Positions 40,801 through 48,344 of a stretch of DNA of 64,000 nt are shown in pieces. The translations under genes were made by a program, and so were the position numbers. The notes beneath the pieces were generated by a model. The model ran no database searches. It was given only the letters and a program-made list of their open reading frames with translations, and was not told the DNA's origin. Position 1 is the first letter of the stretch; each line of letters starts with the position of its first letter. This stretch comes from a virus, in IMG/VR virus record IMGVR_UViG_3300008113_000031, positions 1 to 64,000 of that record; one strand, given 5' to 3'.

Positions 40801-43743
40801 TTAGTTTTGAAGCCAAACAGAAAACTTGTAGGCGATGACAAATGGGATTTTAATCCAGTACTAAAAATGTTCCAAGCTTATATTGATCCAAATGAAGACT
40901 ACGCTAAGAGTAAAGATAAGTTTACAAAGCTTTTGGCACAAAATAGATCAGAAGGAAGCAGTGCAACAAACTTTATAGGCAAATGGGGAGAAGACATTAG
41001 TGGATTCTGGGATAAGAATATTGGTCCACTTTTCAGCGCTCTAGGTGATTCCCTTAGCGGTTTAGTAAACTTGTTTAGAATGTCTATGATGCAGTTGGGG
41101 TATGGTTTATCTCAGGTTGGTCAAATGACAAAGCAGGCAAATATTCTAAACAAGGTTCTTAATGACTCTATATATTATTCCTTAGGAAGACCTGGTTCAT
41201 TACTAAGAGCTGTTGATAACCCATTTACCAGAGAGTACGCAGAGCCTGTAATAGAAATTAGACAACCTTTCCAAAGGGTTCATTATCTAAGTTCATTTTC
41301 TCATATTATTTCTAATGGTATAACAGAAAACTTAAACGGTGTTGCAACTATGGTAACTGCTGTTTCTGATGGAAAATATCCAGTTACGGTTGCAATGGAT
41401 AAGTCTGCTCCAGCAGAAAGACAGGTTGAGAAAACTGTTGAAACTGGTTTGTTTTTTGATAACGCCACTGGGTCTGGATTGTTTGGCGCACTTCATCCAA
41501 TACTTCATCCATTTGAATTTGCTAGAGGAATTTCAAAATTTGCTCAAGGTACACCAGATGAAATGTTAGCCAGGAGAGTTGCGCTGGCCCATTTGAAAGA
41601 GTCACTAAAAGATATCTATACAGGGGAAATTCTAATAGTAGGCAATGCCGATATTAGACCTCATGATATAGTTTATCTTGCTGACGTTTATGAGAGAATG
41701 TACGGCATGTTTGAAGTTGAGCAGGTTGTACATCACTTTACTTCTGAACTCGGCTTTGTAACATCCATAACTCCCAATGCTCTGGTGACAGTTAACGACC
41801 CCGCAAAATGGTTTATGTCTTCTTGGATTGGAACATGGATGCATATGCAATCATTAAGAAATGACACTAGACTATACATGGGTTCTCTTGGTTCTGGAGT
41901 TAATTCAATGGCGCAGATCAGTGTAGACGGTTTAGCAGACGCACTTCAAACCCAAATGGTTGGCGGTCTTCAGTTTACCCACGGAGCAGCAGCGTTGACA
42001 AAAGATATAATGGCGCATTTTACCTCTGAAGGAATAAACGACATTAATACTCAAGTTAAGGCTTTAGTAGCAGAAGGTTCTGCTGTGTCTTCTGGCAAAA
42101 TTGCACTCGGAGGTATGGGTGCTATGTTTGCCGGAGCGACTGCCCTGGGTGCCACTGCAGCAGGAATTGCTTCTATGGCAATACCTGGAGCCGGTTTATT
42201 GGTTGGAGGAATTTCTGCTGGCCTTGGAGCTGGAGTTGGTGGAAAGTTAGCGTGGAAGGGCTGGACATGGATGAGAGATAATGTGTTGGATCAACACGGT
42301 TGCTACATTCAGTACCTTAACAAAAACGGTAAAGCCATGGATGCTGGGCTGGGTTTAAGCGGTCAAGGAATGGTAGTGGGAAGATATCATACTAAGAAGC
42401 TACTCCCAGGAATATTGGGCGTAAGTTCAAAGATTAGAACAGCAGAAGGGTATTCTTACATTAGAACTAATGATTTATTATCAAAACTTGGTTGGAAAGA
42501 AAAAGAAATTAATGATCTAGTTAGGTATATAGACTTTGAAAACGCTCTAGTAAATACTCAAGTGTTAAGATATTCTGGAATTGGTCCAGAAAAAGCTGGA
42601 CTTAATAGATTCTTTAAGGTTATTTGCAAAGTTGAAGATGTGCTTGACGGCGACACTATAGACGTAGTTGACTTGTTAGACACTTCTGGTAAAAAATTTA
42701 GAATAAGATTTGACGGAATAAACACTCCAGAAATTAATATTATTAAAACAGACTTGCATGTAAGCGGAAAGATGGCAAATATTACAAATATACAAATTTC
42801 TTCAGGTAAAGCAACAATAACAACAGAGTCAAATCATAATTTTGAAAAAGACGAAGTATGCGCAATCGCCATAGATAACCCAGGTGGTTTTTACTTGTTA
42901 AATAGTTCTGCAAAAATTGAGGCTACTCCAACAGCAAACACTTTTATCGTATCAACTGTTCTTCCCGACAATGCACAAGCTAAAACTGGAAAAGTTAGAG
43001 TGTATGCAAACAGTTCTGGAGACTTTATCAATTCTTCTTCGCCAGGTGGTAAAGCAAAAATGTTTACAAAGAACGCATTAAAGGATAAGATATTTGTTCT
43101 TAGAATATCTCCAGAAAATGTAACAGCTTCTTTTACTGAGTTGGATTTTGAAGCCGGCTCTGCAAAGTCATTAGAGAGAAAAAATATAAACGGAGAATCT
43201 CTGCCAGCTTATTATGACAAAGATGTTTTTGGAGAAAGAATTCTTGGAGTTGTTTTCTACAAAACACCTGAACAGGTAATGGAGACAATTATTAAAGAAA
43301 CTAATTCTTTATTTGAAAAATATAAAAAAGCTTCTAATTCAGATTTAGTTTCGCAACTAGCTTCTAGTTTTTCTCCAGGAGTTTTTTCAGATAGATATTC
43401 TGATCTTTTAGAGCAAGCAAAAAATATTAATAAAACTAATTACTTTGCACAATATGCAACATCGCCTCTTAGTGCAAGTTCAGCCAGTTTTAAAAATACA
43501 TATAATGCATATGTTTCCTTGAGGGTTGTTCAGTATATATATGAAAAAGTTTCTGAGTGGCCAAATGTTGAATGGGACGAGTACTATGATGACGGAACTC
43601 CAGTTTCTTTAAACTATGAGTTAATTATCAACGGATTAGCAAAAGTCTATACAAAGGGACTTTTAATGGAGCAGCCGTCCGTTATAGATTCATATGAAAA
43701 TGCCGCCCTACCAAGTAGGGTAACAGTCAGGGAAGACAGATAA
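31816..43743 (+). CDS. Giant (3975 aa) baseplate hub-like virion protein with a C-terminal SNase-like nuclease domain
   Basis: Hub-like motifs (LKPGVRVHLRGGYG..TIFNGTI; GNADIRPHDIVYLAD..GMFEVEQVVH). SNase motifs VEDVLDGDTI, IRFDGINTPE, DVFGERILG, LNYELIINGLAKVY. Confidence 0.65.
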   Translation: MAKVSIEKYLTASMATMSKAKYDSALKEVSTALTTALSVYSELKQKVQSDPNKRFANSFNTINPVNYSEESGGNLGLHNFWYIAFSEIERGYDEEFGGGSGGQDGRGNNVWGKPNTPSVATQNYIKNTIWPKVEKLLDIKNKYVNDEPNGENTIINAYDVDAFFNSYAAMGGQYNYYEWEDVDPAALLAGGTFLWQTIFETTSNEVGAKAGIYIKALAKVKIFGIAGKIGGASVLYGTLAGIIALLQGVKYKLENFDPITHTFKTTFAEDLINQAQSEITLANQLDAILSKYGIVFSIDQELSRKYGQVFSANITKYKSSFFRVMAPNDVLLEKDQTYIKGIWDRIRTSGLLDLALSATSIGEFARKRFSAGNNLLDPQLGSASQALDPVRDTLWLNDLVIVTQNLTRDPITLALVQAYFPSLSTLFFNASAAAADYSGGSEDDPINNIDELAKSLLRAFGTDKDGKPIFKPAWELTNTAQRIKKALEEFPFRENIPPKTPDIFHFRLGAANFYVPPVSINVSSQFKTGSLTSGAIRQKNSPKFNAGYKETTINVKLFFPNYEEIWGLSIDGIKDVTINKDFKIDFKEAGNEEKIDKFLSSLRGLVAAFKYAPILPVKSHYLNMVHGISGVALSSMSISTIPNYPFALVVDLELLNFNHKPFLPMIKDFNQAVHWGKFRHYMGKAAGSLHSYINESFLLPKPEDAEDPDPNLTRVTSQTPYYTKTSPTKLNNNVGNQESEVEPDLITDPYKDDIFTTNVIKEYRNGNNISLFIPERIQTKLFTPDTSSFRSDEERMLDDTGESMWDSLLKKIGIDINQSAGYYRSLGSVVQTSIEGSVSPSARRVVLESIELITAGVNKDTYMEKVYDYFAKAFVAENKSLLTQDEIDYILKDPNESTVQDYTSTAQTFKYRGKDLIINNSSSTGDETNYSLKDVRHLFKQASRNASSALDQLANEEADRKAATTGKSRDQFIDQAKEDIGRAFNVLVYNRFFKSGPIQQLMEAKRARQAKYQFNEWEVPMFKVDLDPKAVIVNGVSVTLGNNLAKMQLQMQEEPTYQHIGGKDSYINISMTVFGEKELIKIRKVFEHINGLARIEHSTGVIGFMGIKNIVAALAGVKYVMPLSYEVNTIPNFPHVYDVRMSLVDFDIFQQQRETISSKQQKEMIETFGTKRNPFLRIKQLWGAFNAYPDFPLSIKDSSGEVVGCLDPDYYFRSFEMFDEDIIEHLAPQQEKMKSFSITPKQLNTQSTTDHQKNVNRILNEIKTMVQNNELKKLKEYFDKEQIGLLEASAYVEGAVREFFSGQKKSLLIDFIKEYPDVDDKTATFGLTASLGSGSIKFNTAVGDLSYSDSSATQQIQNILETKDLVVSEDGYLSIDPDELTIHHTITYIPAEENPSDDKMPAFLYHANGYHLGYVSKSNNRFYFTVDGVRPVKSESGQDNDGKLSYVPISVPFSDADDPSKAYKKGEGSAHIDSLKGAGSNLADFSDPYSAGSGDGPEVMSTQAANSNVAKHWERMLVDTKYRDISGRMIRAFPTYMLWLIDEGGYFSGVKLFDNFYGLQSIIDFSVVQSEDILGDTLILRVSNLYSKLTTAESSRIFDAEEEFQNEQLTQLDGIESVLDKALNRSRNMLAHMESTYVVDINSIRLKPGVRVHLRGGYGANPNALQTIFNGTITSVENGEIVTITAQSDAIELSPIVNSTNKKGDSGKIDGGINTGFWLSEPRDLMVRLLTMGSSRTREAIAHATRGRIFSENKFGIRHFGQILYEPLNDLEAAKNEAVVSQVKDMYDSLGEASGNAWGMGSALGILSSGSNQGSGTMFGIGPEVRAPGVSLMRTLWANFSAQRDFEIFKRNIYPGNGTGIAQFLGGDLGDGWSTVASITPEDKPNERLEYIGRLTDYSWNEMVSKAGNGIFEGNPDAKQLVDINGKPNEIGNSNSSAGFAKVALGGAIAAAGIAVTGGLGAPIIGGVLATGGLAGVLSGRGGTSIFNAMGITSGSDDDLPGLDEVSFRAQTYMRTVWDLFQMCARLLPNYIVAVRPFEDRSTVFYGKPHWLYTSGVVPLTTGYPGTKRAQELGISSPKELDTDYILESTMKDINESSNPLADAAAFNQLDTSLISINDTLSQQLTSTEGGVYIPVDKIKDENGKGRIIAFGYQSTMEYRDNSGNPIAKLPSSHGYATVGYHLPVSSEEVTQVTLDEEQIKNHKQIDQLPLRYRFPFFTDRDDKIVLEDFAYYAIADQLGAWQNHHADYMKLVRDNASYNGVGGTKEETRWIELMKMETSLYTGVSTVDTGELRNFNGIPLAMKLLSGNIPSFKGLEQEVADKYIFQEKLGQAGLSGTSSVVRMPLPDNPALSSSAETRADLYDVLKDRPDFNTNAAGLRDWKAPKTPLEEQFYIAMKWPYKPSDAFSDQTIEQFIQSQGGYVPVGNAKSYQERKVMVYSPSTGKAVVCRPAYYLWGEQTVSIAKPSANDYTDNDDPTKNIVGGFDIFGNPRGGSSDDYGVLDGGGNALQLGYDIALSALVSPDAAYFLGMLNLTAAEKAIWSSGDRSKNEGDWHGAEDAIKSLAAAGVAPFPMPRKCYYAFVPDDMPLGVVPDFVMPIDEFSPPGQEVIHEYGSDKKIISFGAYKGKKTTINNSNYNPSGSSDGENFFEFKPSSAIEMEDVLNSVGKLEIAGNVLGTNGTFGPGTGDYFDLVRNQDWEGIENLKKVLEGELKDRSTFAQKRFSAVYDEAEPKSVEARNFYDEDYNPSVAVIAGNGRTLQQAMEVWDQFRAGYHTYSNVKEAFVRAYGLPAEGEESEQDLGTFLTGGFGLGKKLGDKGLTSGKQTPDQYIDGLEGRYSTQTTDSQESAAAADKDLKNLFQYYSESNNSAEDEFSLVFGDSFFANPDWVGSENAATQAALRGNPEKIRQGLEAARKDFIDNPDSKNGLISYFNELLNDKLDKILSIIRDSLSLSGVTDKEAQDQYIASIKTSRQLFLFMVGAFRNRMWSDPYARAWLVLKPNRKLVGDDKWDFNPVLKMFQAYIDPNEDYAKSKDKFTKLLAQNRSEGSSATNFIGKWGEDISGFWDKNIGPLFSALGDSLSGLVNLFRMSMMQLGYGLSQVGQMTKQANILNKVLNDSIYYSLGRPGSLLRAVDNPFTREYAEPVIEIRQPFQRVHYLSSFSHIISNGITENLNGVATMVTAVSDGKYPVTVAMDKSAPAERQVEKTVETGLFFDNATGSGLFGALHPILHPFEFARGISKFAQGTPDEMLARRVALAHLKESLKDIYTGEILIVGNADIRPHDIVYLADVYERMYGMFEVEQVVHHFTSELGFVTSITPNALVTVNDPAKWFMSSWIGTWMHMQSLRNDTRLYMGSLGSGVNSMAQISVDGLADALQTQMVGGLQFTHGAAALTKDIMAHFTSEGINDINTQVKALVAEGSAVSSGKIALGGMGAMFAGATALGATAAGIASMAIPGAGLLVGGISAGLGAGVGGKLAWKGWTWMRDNVLDQHGCYIQYLNKNGKAMDAGLGLSGQGMVVGRYHTKKLLPGILGVSSKIRTAEGYSYIRTNDLLSKLGWKEKEINDLVRYIDFENALVNTQVLRYSGIGPEKAGLNRFFKVICKVEDVLDGDTIDVVDLLDTSGKKFRIRFDGINTPEINIIKTDLHVSGKMANITNIQISSGKATITTESNHNFEKDEVCAIAIDNPGGFYLLNSSAKIEATPTANTFIVSTVLPDNAQAKTGKVRVYANSSGDFINSSSPGGKAKMFTKNALKDKIFVLRISPENVTASFTELDFEAGSAKSLERKNINGESLPAYYDKDVFGERILGVVFYKTPEQVMETIIKETNSLFEKYKKASNSDLVSQLASSFSPGVFSDRYSDLLEQAKNINKTNYFAQYATSPLSASSASFKNTYNAYVSLRVVQYIYEKVSEWPNVEWDEYYDDGTPVSLNYELIINGLAKVYTKGLLMEQPSVIDSYENAALPSRVTVREDR

Positions 43744-43744
43744 A

Positions 43745-45777
43745 ATGCCAGATTTTGATTACAACATAGACGATCTATCTGATACGTCAACACTTGCAAA
43801 TAAAACTTCCTCTGCTTTTTATCCATCGGGAGAACCATTAAAGACTAGCTATTCTGTTAGCGGTGACGTAAATAGGAGCTTAACTCAAAGAGACCTGCAA
43901 AGTGTCCTTTCTCGGAGACGCCTTATATAGATCTCCAAACTTTGCATTACAGGTATCCAATCAGAATACTCAGTCTAGTATTAATTCAATATTAGCAGCA
44001 GTTGGTGGCCCCGACGCCCAAAACTTACAGATACAAGATCCCAATAGTCAGGACCCCAATGCTACTCTGACGGGGTCAGCGGCTGCAAATACTATTGTCT
44101 CAAAATCGTCATTAGGAAAGCAGTCTCTTTCATTTGGAACTAGAAACTTTCTGGGAGAATTGCAAAATAATACACAACAAGGCGCATCTGGATCAAGTGA
44201 TCATCAAGACACATCAAACTTCCCGTTTGATCCAACAAGAGGTGGTCAGTCTGAAGTTAGGGTAGTTACAATAAAGGAAAAGCTATCAGATGAAGAAGCT
44301 AAAATATTTGATGAAAAAATAAAAGAATTAAAAGATAAAGATATATTAACAAGTCACGCAGTTCCATATAAGGCTAATTTTCCCCAAACAAGTGTTAGTC
44401 TTAAGGCAACTGGAGCTAGAGATGTTGCAGATTACGTTTCAGCACCAGACTTTAATTTTCAAAGCTATAATGGACAAACCGTATTACCTTGCGCTTCATT
44501 GATAGAACTAATGCTTGCATTAGAGTCTAAGATAAGAATTAGGGGATCATTTGATTTAAATAGAGGGGCTTTAATATCCGGCGGAAAAGAAATTAAAGAA
44601 GGAGCCACCCTAAATGATCACTCAACGGGAAGAGGTATAGACGTTGGTTATCTGGGGCCAAATGACACTGAGGAATACAGTACTTGGAATAAAAATCTAG
44701 ATGTAAACAGAAAAGCTTTTATCCTTCTCTTGGATACGTTGAATTCTATAGATCAGTCTCTTCATCCAGATTTGATTGTATTCGACGACAGACTTGCAGA
44801 TGAATTCGGAATGGCCAGGGGAATGTATGAAATTGACAATAAACAAGCAAACTTAAATGGAATACTTCAGAAAAAATACCCCAACCTGAGAAAGATAGAC
44901 TTCTGTCCAGATGGTGGGCACCAAAACCACTTTCATATTGCTTTTTCTCCTCAAAGAGCTGGAACATATCAAGATTATACGGAAACAACTACTCCAACTG
45001 GTGGTTCGTCGGGTGATTTTGAAGGCGTTTCTGGTGGATCGTCAGGTGAACAGGCAGAAATCTTTAAAAACTTTATGAACTCAGATGCAAAAATAAGCAA
45101 CACCAACGCTTTATATAAAGCTTTAATTGATTACGGTGGCTTTAGGCCAGAAAGTGCTGCTATTTTTATGATGATAGCAGAGAGAGAGTCTAGGTGGGGT
45201 GTTTCTTCTTTTAATGGCAATCTTAATACCGGGGATTACTCAATAGGACTATGGCAAACAAACTTCCTTCGGAGTTCCAAAGTTTTTAACTAATATTATA
45301 GAACTACCAGTAGGCACACAAGGTGGAATTGTGAAAAAGAAGTACAGGGGTTACCAATTATTATTTAAAGATTATAAAACTTTAGGAATTAAGGATCAAG
45401 AAACAGCGCTTGCAAAAATTAGAGAAGTTGGAACAAAGGGTAAACCACTTGCAGATCCTAATCTGTGGACGGCAATAGGCCAAATAGCAATATTAAAAAT
45501 GCAAGTACAAGCATACCTCAATGATCCAGGTTTAAATAAAAGAGGTTGGTACTATACCCCTTGGGGTGAATATTCTGGGGCTAATCAATATGGTTGGATT
45601 AGACATTTAAAATTTAAAACAGCAGTAGAATTCTATGTAAAAAATAACCCAGGTAAAACTGAAGAGGATCTTATAAAGCATTGTAAACCGTTTATACATA
45701 ATATGCATCCTTCGAATACAGATGGCAAAGCAGTGTACGCTAGATGGCTGGCTGGAGAGGTTTTTGGAAACGAATGA
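43745..45777 (+). CDS. Tail-associated lysin (M15-like peptidase plus lytic transglycosylase-like), 676 aa, requiring two +1 shifts (CGG 43913, CGG 45270)
   Basis: Three consecutive ORFs join at two in-frame CGGA sites; HSTGRGID...HQNHFH zinc-peptidase-like motif; AERES...D.SIGLWQTN lysozyme-like motif. Confidence 0.7.
43913..43916 (+). other. +1 recoding site 3 (TCT CGG A)
   Basis: Shift confined to 43884-43930. Confidence 0.7.
45270..45273 (+). other. +1 recoding site 4 (CTT CGG A)
   Basis: Shift confined to 45247-45293. Confidence 0.75.
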
Positions 45778-46131
45778 TATATCCAAAGTTTGATCAAAAA
45801 ATTAATGAACAAATTCAGTCTTCAAGAATGCAAGAATCGAAGACTAGAATGGCCACTGTCGCATCTTATGATAGAATTAAGAATACACTTACTTTAATTA
45901 TGGAGTCTCATTACTCTGACACCATTGGAAATATAGTTGGAGATGTCCCATGTCCGTCTATATATCGGTGTTCAAACTGTATCTCCAGAACCTGGAGATA
46001 GGTGCATAGTGGGCTTTAGCGATGAGAACGAAAGATCTCCTTATATTATAAATTTTATAAATGATTTTCCAAACGAAAAAACAGTTAATATAGGAATAGC
46101 CAATACTGGAATACCAAGGTATATGATTTAA
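45774..46131 (+). CDS. Baseplate spike/gpV-like OB-fold protein, 118 aa, requiring a +1 shift at CGG 45966-45968
   Basis: ATGA overlap start; the joined sequence VPCPSIY-GVQTVSPEPGDRCIVGF restores the gpV/gp5-N P..GD.V.V.F motif. Confidence 0.75.
45966..45969 (+). other. +1 recoding site 5 (TAT CGG T)
   Basis: Shift confined to 45937-46001. Confidence 0.75.
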
Positions 46132-46132
46132 A

Positions 46133-46786
46133 ATGTTAAATAGAAAAACTTTAAGAAATAACGAAACTCAAAATAGAGATAACTTTAATGAGGCAGAGGA
46201 ATTAAGAAAAAGAAACTCATTTTCTAGAAGAGAAGTTGGCCTTACCCATCCGGATACAAGTGCTTTTGTTAGGTTAAATGACAGGGGAGAGGTTGAAATA
46301 TTTGCAGGGGAAGAATTGGGAATTATTATCAGCCCCTCTTCAAGGTCTATATCAATATTTGCTGACGTTGTTAAAATAGTTACAAAAGAAGACTATGGAT
46401 TAAGATGGAATAATATGAGTTTTAATTATTCAGGGGATGAATTCCACGAACCTTCTTTAGTTAAAACTAATGAAAAAGAAATAAATTCAGGATTTAACTA
46501 CGCTGACTATTATTTGGATACATTAGACGATTTTGAGCTTTTGGATAAAGAAACTAATGTTGTTACTATTAGTGGAGAGTTTGCTTTTTCAGATAATCCA
46601 ATAGATTCAGAGTCAGTTTCTGCTGCTGTAATTTCAGGAAAAATATCTGAAGAAGACTACGCTTTACTTAAAGAATATGGCTTAACAAACTCTCAAGAAA
46701 AAGTTAATTACATGAAAAAACTGCTTGAGTCTGGCTTTACCTTTAATCAAGCTAGAGAAAAAACAATGAGGGACAAAGGTGTCTGA
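46133..46786 (+). CDS. Putative baseplate spike-associated protein
   Basis: HPDTSAFVRLNDRGEVEIFAG beta-repeat; lies between gpV-like and gp25-like genes. Confidence 0.45.
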   Translation: MLNRKTLRNNETQNRDNFNEAEELRKRNSFSRREVGLTHPDTSAFVRLNDRGEVEIFAGEELGIIISPSSRSISIFADVVKIVTKEDYGLRWNNMSFNYSGDEFHEPSLVKTNEKEINSGFNYADYYLDTLDDFELLDKETNVVTISGEFAFSDNPIDSESVSAAVISGKISEEDYALLKEYGLTNSQEKVNYMKKLLESGFTFNQAREKTMRDKGV

Positions 46787-47159
46787 TTTATTTTTAACCC
46801 TAGATGGGGATTTGATGATTACTGGCAATAAAGACATAGCCAAGGTAAATACACCCATGCAAAATGATATTCAGCAGGTTTACGTTAGACTTATGACGGA
46901 ACCCGGAGATTTCCACGCCTATCCAAGGTTAGGCTTAGACTTGTCAATGCTGTACGGAATGCCTCAAACTAAATCAACTGGCGAAACTGGCAAAAGATTA
47001 ATTCTAGCAGCCCTTGAAAGAGAGGGAGTTTTTAAAGGAAAAAATATTTCAGTAGAAGCAGTTCCAACAAGTCCTGACACAATAAGATTTGACGTTCATA
47101 TTCAATCAGGTTCTTCAAATCCGATTACATTGAGTATTAAGCAAAGCCTAGGAGCATAA
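46779..47159 (+). CDS. Baseplate wedge gp25/W-like protein
   Basis: 126 aa; RLMTEPGDF..YP.LGLDL..LYG; precedes the J-like gene. Confidence 0.7.
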   Translation: MSDLFLTLDGDLMITGNKDIAKVNTPMQNDIQQVYVRLMTEPGDFHAYPRLGLDLSMLYGMPQTKSTGETGKRLILAALEREGVFKGKNISVEAVPTSPDTIRFDVHIQSGSSNPITLSIKQSLGA

Positions 47160-48329
47160 ATGCCTACAATAAACACTAAAACAAAAGAAGAAATAATAGT
47201 TAGAATTTTAAATGCACTAGAGCAAAATGCTAACATAACTGCTACATCACCTGGATCTATTGCCAGAGCTTTTGCTGACGCTTTTGGCACTGAAATGTTT
47301 TACCTATATGAATCTTTTAAAGAGGCAATTAGTCAAACTAGTCTTTCTACAGCATCTGGTAGGGGTTTAGATCTCATAGGTGAAATGTATAATGTAAAAA
47401 GAAAGACGCTATCTGATCAATTAGTTTACGAAAGAACAACTGCCAACATAGAGTTTATATTAGATAAACCATACACTTCCGATATTATTATACCTAAGGA
47501 TACATTGGTGTACAATGATGTTGGATCATATAACTCAACTCAATATTCCTACAAAGTAGTTAATAGTATAACTATACTAGCGGGAGCAACCAAGGCGTAT
47601 GGTATGGTTTCGCCAAATTTCCAGTCAAATGACCATGTTGCTTCTGTCGGCTCATTGACTAGACACAATTTTATTACTCCACCTGGAGTTATTATATTTT
47701 GTTCTAACCCCAAAGAAGTTTATCCAGTAATTAATTCTGAGTCTGACGATAACTATAGAAGAAGAATTCTCTCTGCTGTAAAAGTAAGTGCAACTGGAAC
47801 AGTTGAAGCTCTCAGATTTGCTGCATTAGCTGTTAATGGAGTTAGGGACATAAGAATTAGAGAGGCATCTTATGGACTTGGATCTTGTGAAATTATATTA
47901 GTTCCAGAAGTTCCTGGTAGGATAGGAAATCTTCCTAGTTTAGTGAATGCAGCTGTGTCACAAATTAGACCTCTTGGAATTAGAATGAACGTCTCTGTTG
48001 CTAACGCTGTTCCAGTTAGTATCAACGCAACTATTACTTTACCATTCGGCACTGCACAGAACCTAAGAACAGGTATACAAAATCAAGCTTCTATCTTTGT
48101 AAAAAGATATTTAAATTCTCTTACCATAGGAGATACAATGTCTATCCAAGAGGTGGAAAGACAAATAAGAATATCTTCTGATCTAATTCGAAGTATAAAC
48201 GTTACAACCATTACTGCACAAGGTACACCTATAAATAGAAAAGATTTTAGGCCTCAAACAGAAAGAGATTATATAGTTTCTGGCGATATTTCTATAAACT
48301 CTGTTATAATTGGTGTGTCTAACTACTAA
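47160..48329 (+). CDS. Baseplate J-like protein
   Basis: PGSIARAF, STASGRGLDLIG, ESDDNYRRRI, GTVEALRFAALAVNGV. Confidence 0.85.
   Translation: MPTINTKTKEEIIVRILNALEQNANITATSPGSIARAFADAFGTEMFYLYESFKEAISQTSLSTASGRGLDLIGEMYNVKRKTLSDQLVYERTTANIEFILDKPYTSDIIIPKDTLVYNDVGSYNSTQYSYKVVNSITILAGATKAYGMVSPNFQSNDHVASVGSLTRHNFITPPGVIIFCSNPKEVYPVINSESDDNYRRRILSAVKVSATGTVEALRFAALAVNGVRDIRIREASYGLGSCEIILVPEVPGRIGNLPSLVNAAVSQIRPLGIRMNVSVANAVPVSINATITLPFGTAQNLRTGIQNQASIFVKRYLNSLTIGDTMSIQEVERQIRISSDLIRSINVTTITAQGTPINRKDFRPQTERDYIVSGDISINSVIIGVSNY
48302..48310 (+). promoter_or_regulatory. Extended -10 promoter TGTTATAAT
   Basis: Perfect TGnTATAAT in the last codons of the J-like gene, 34 nt upstream of the phosphoesterase ATG. 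Confidence 0.5.
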
Positions 48330-48344
48330 AGGTTGGTTTTATAA

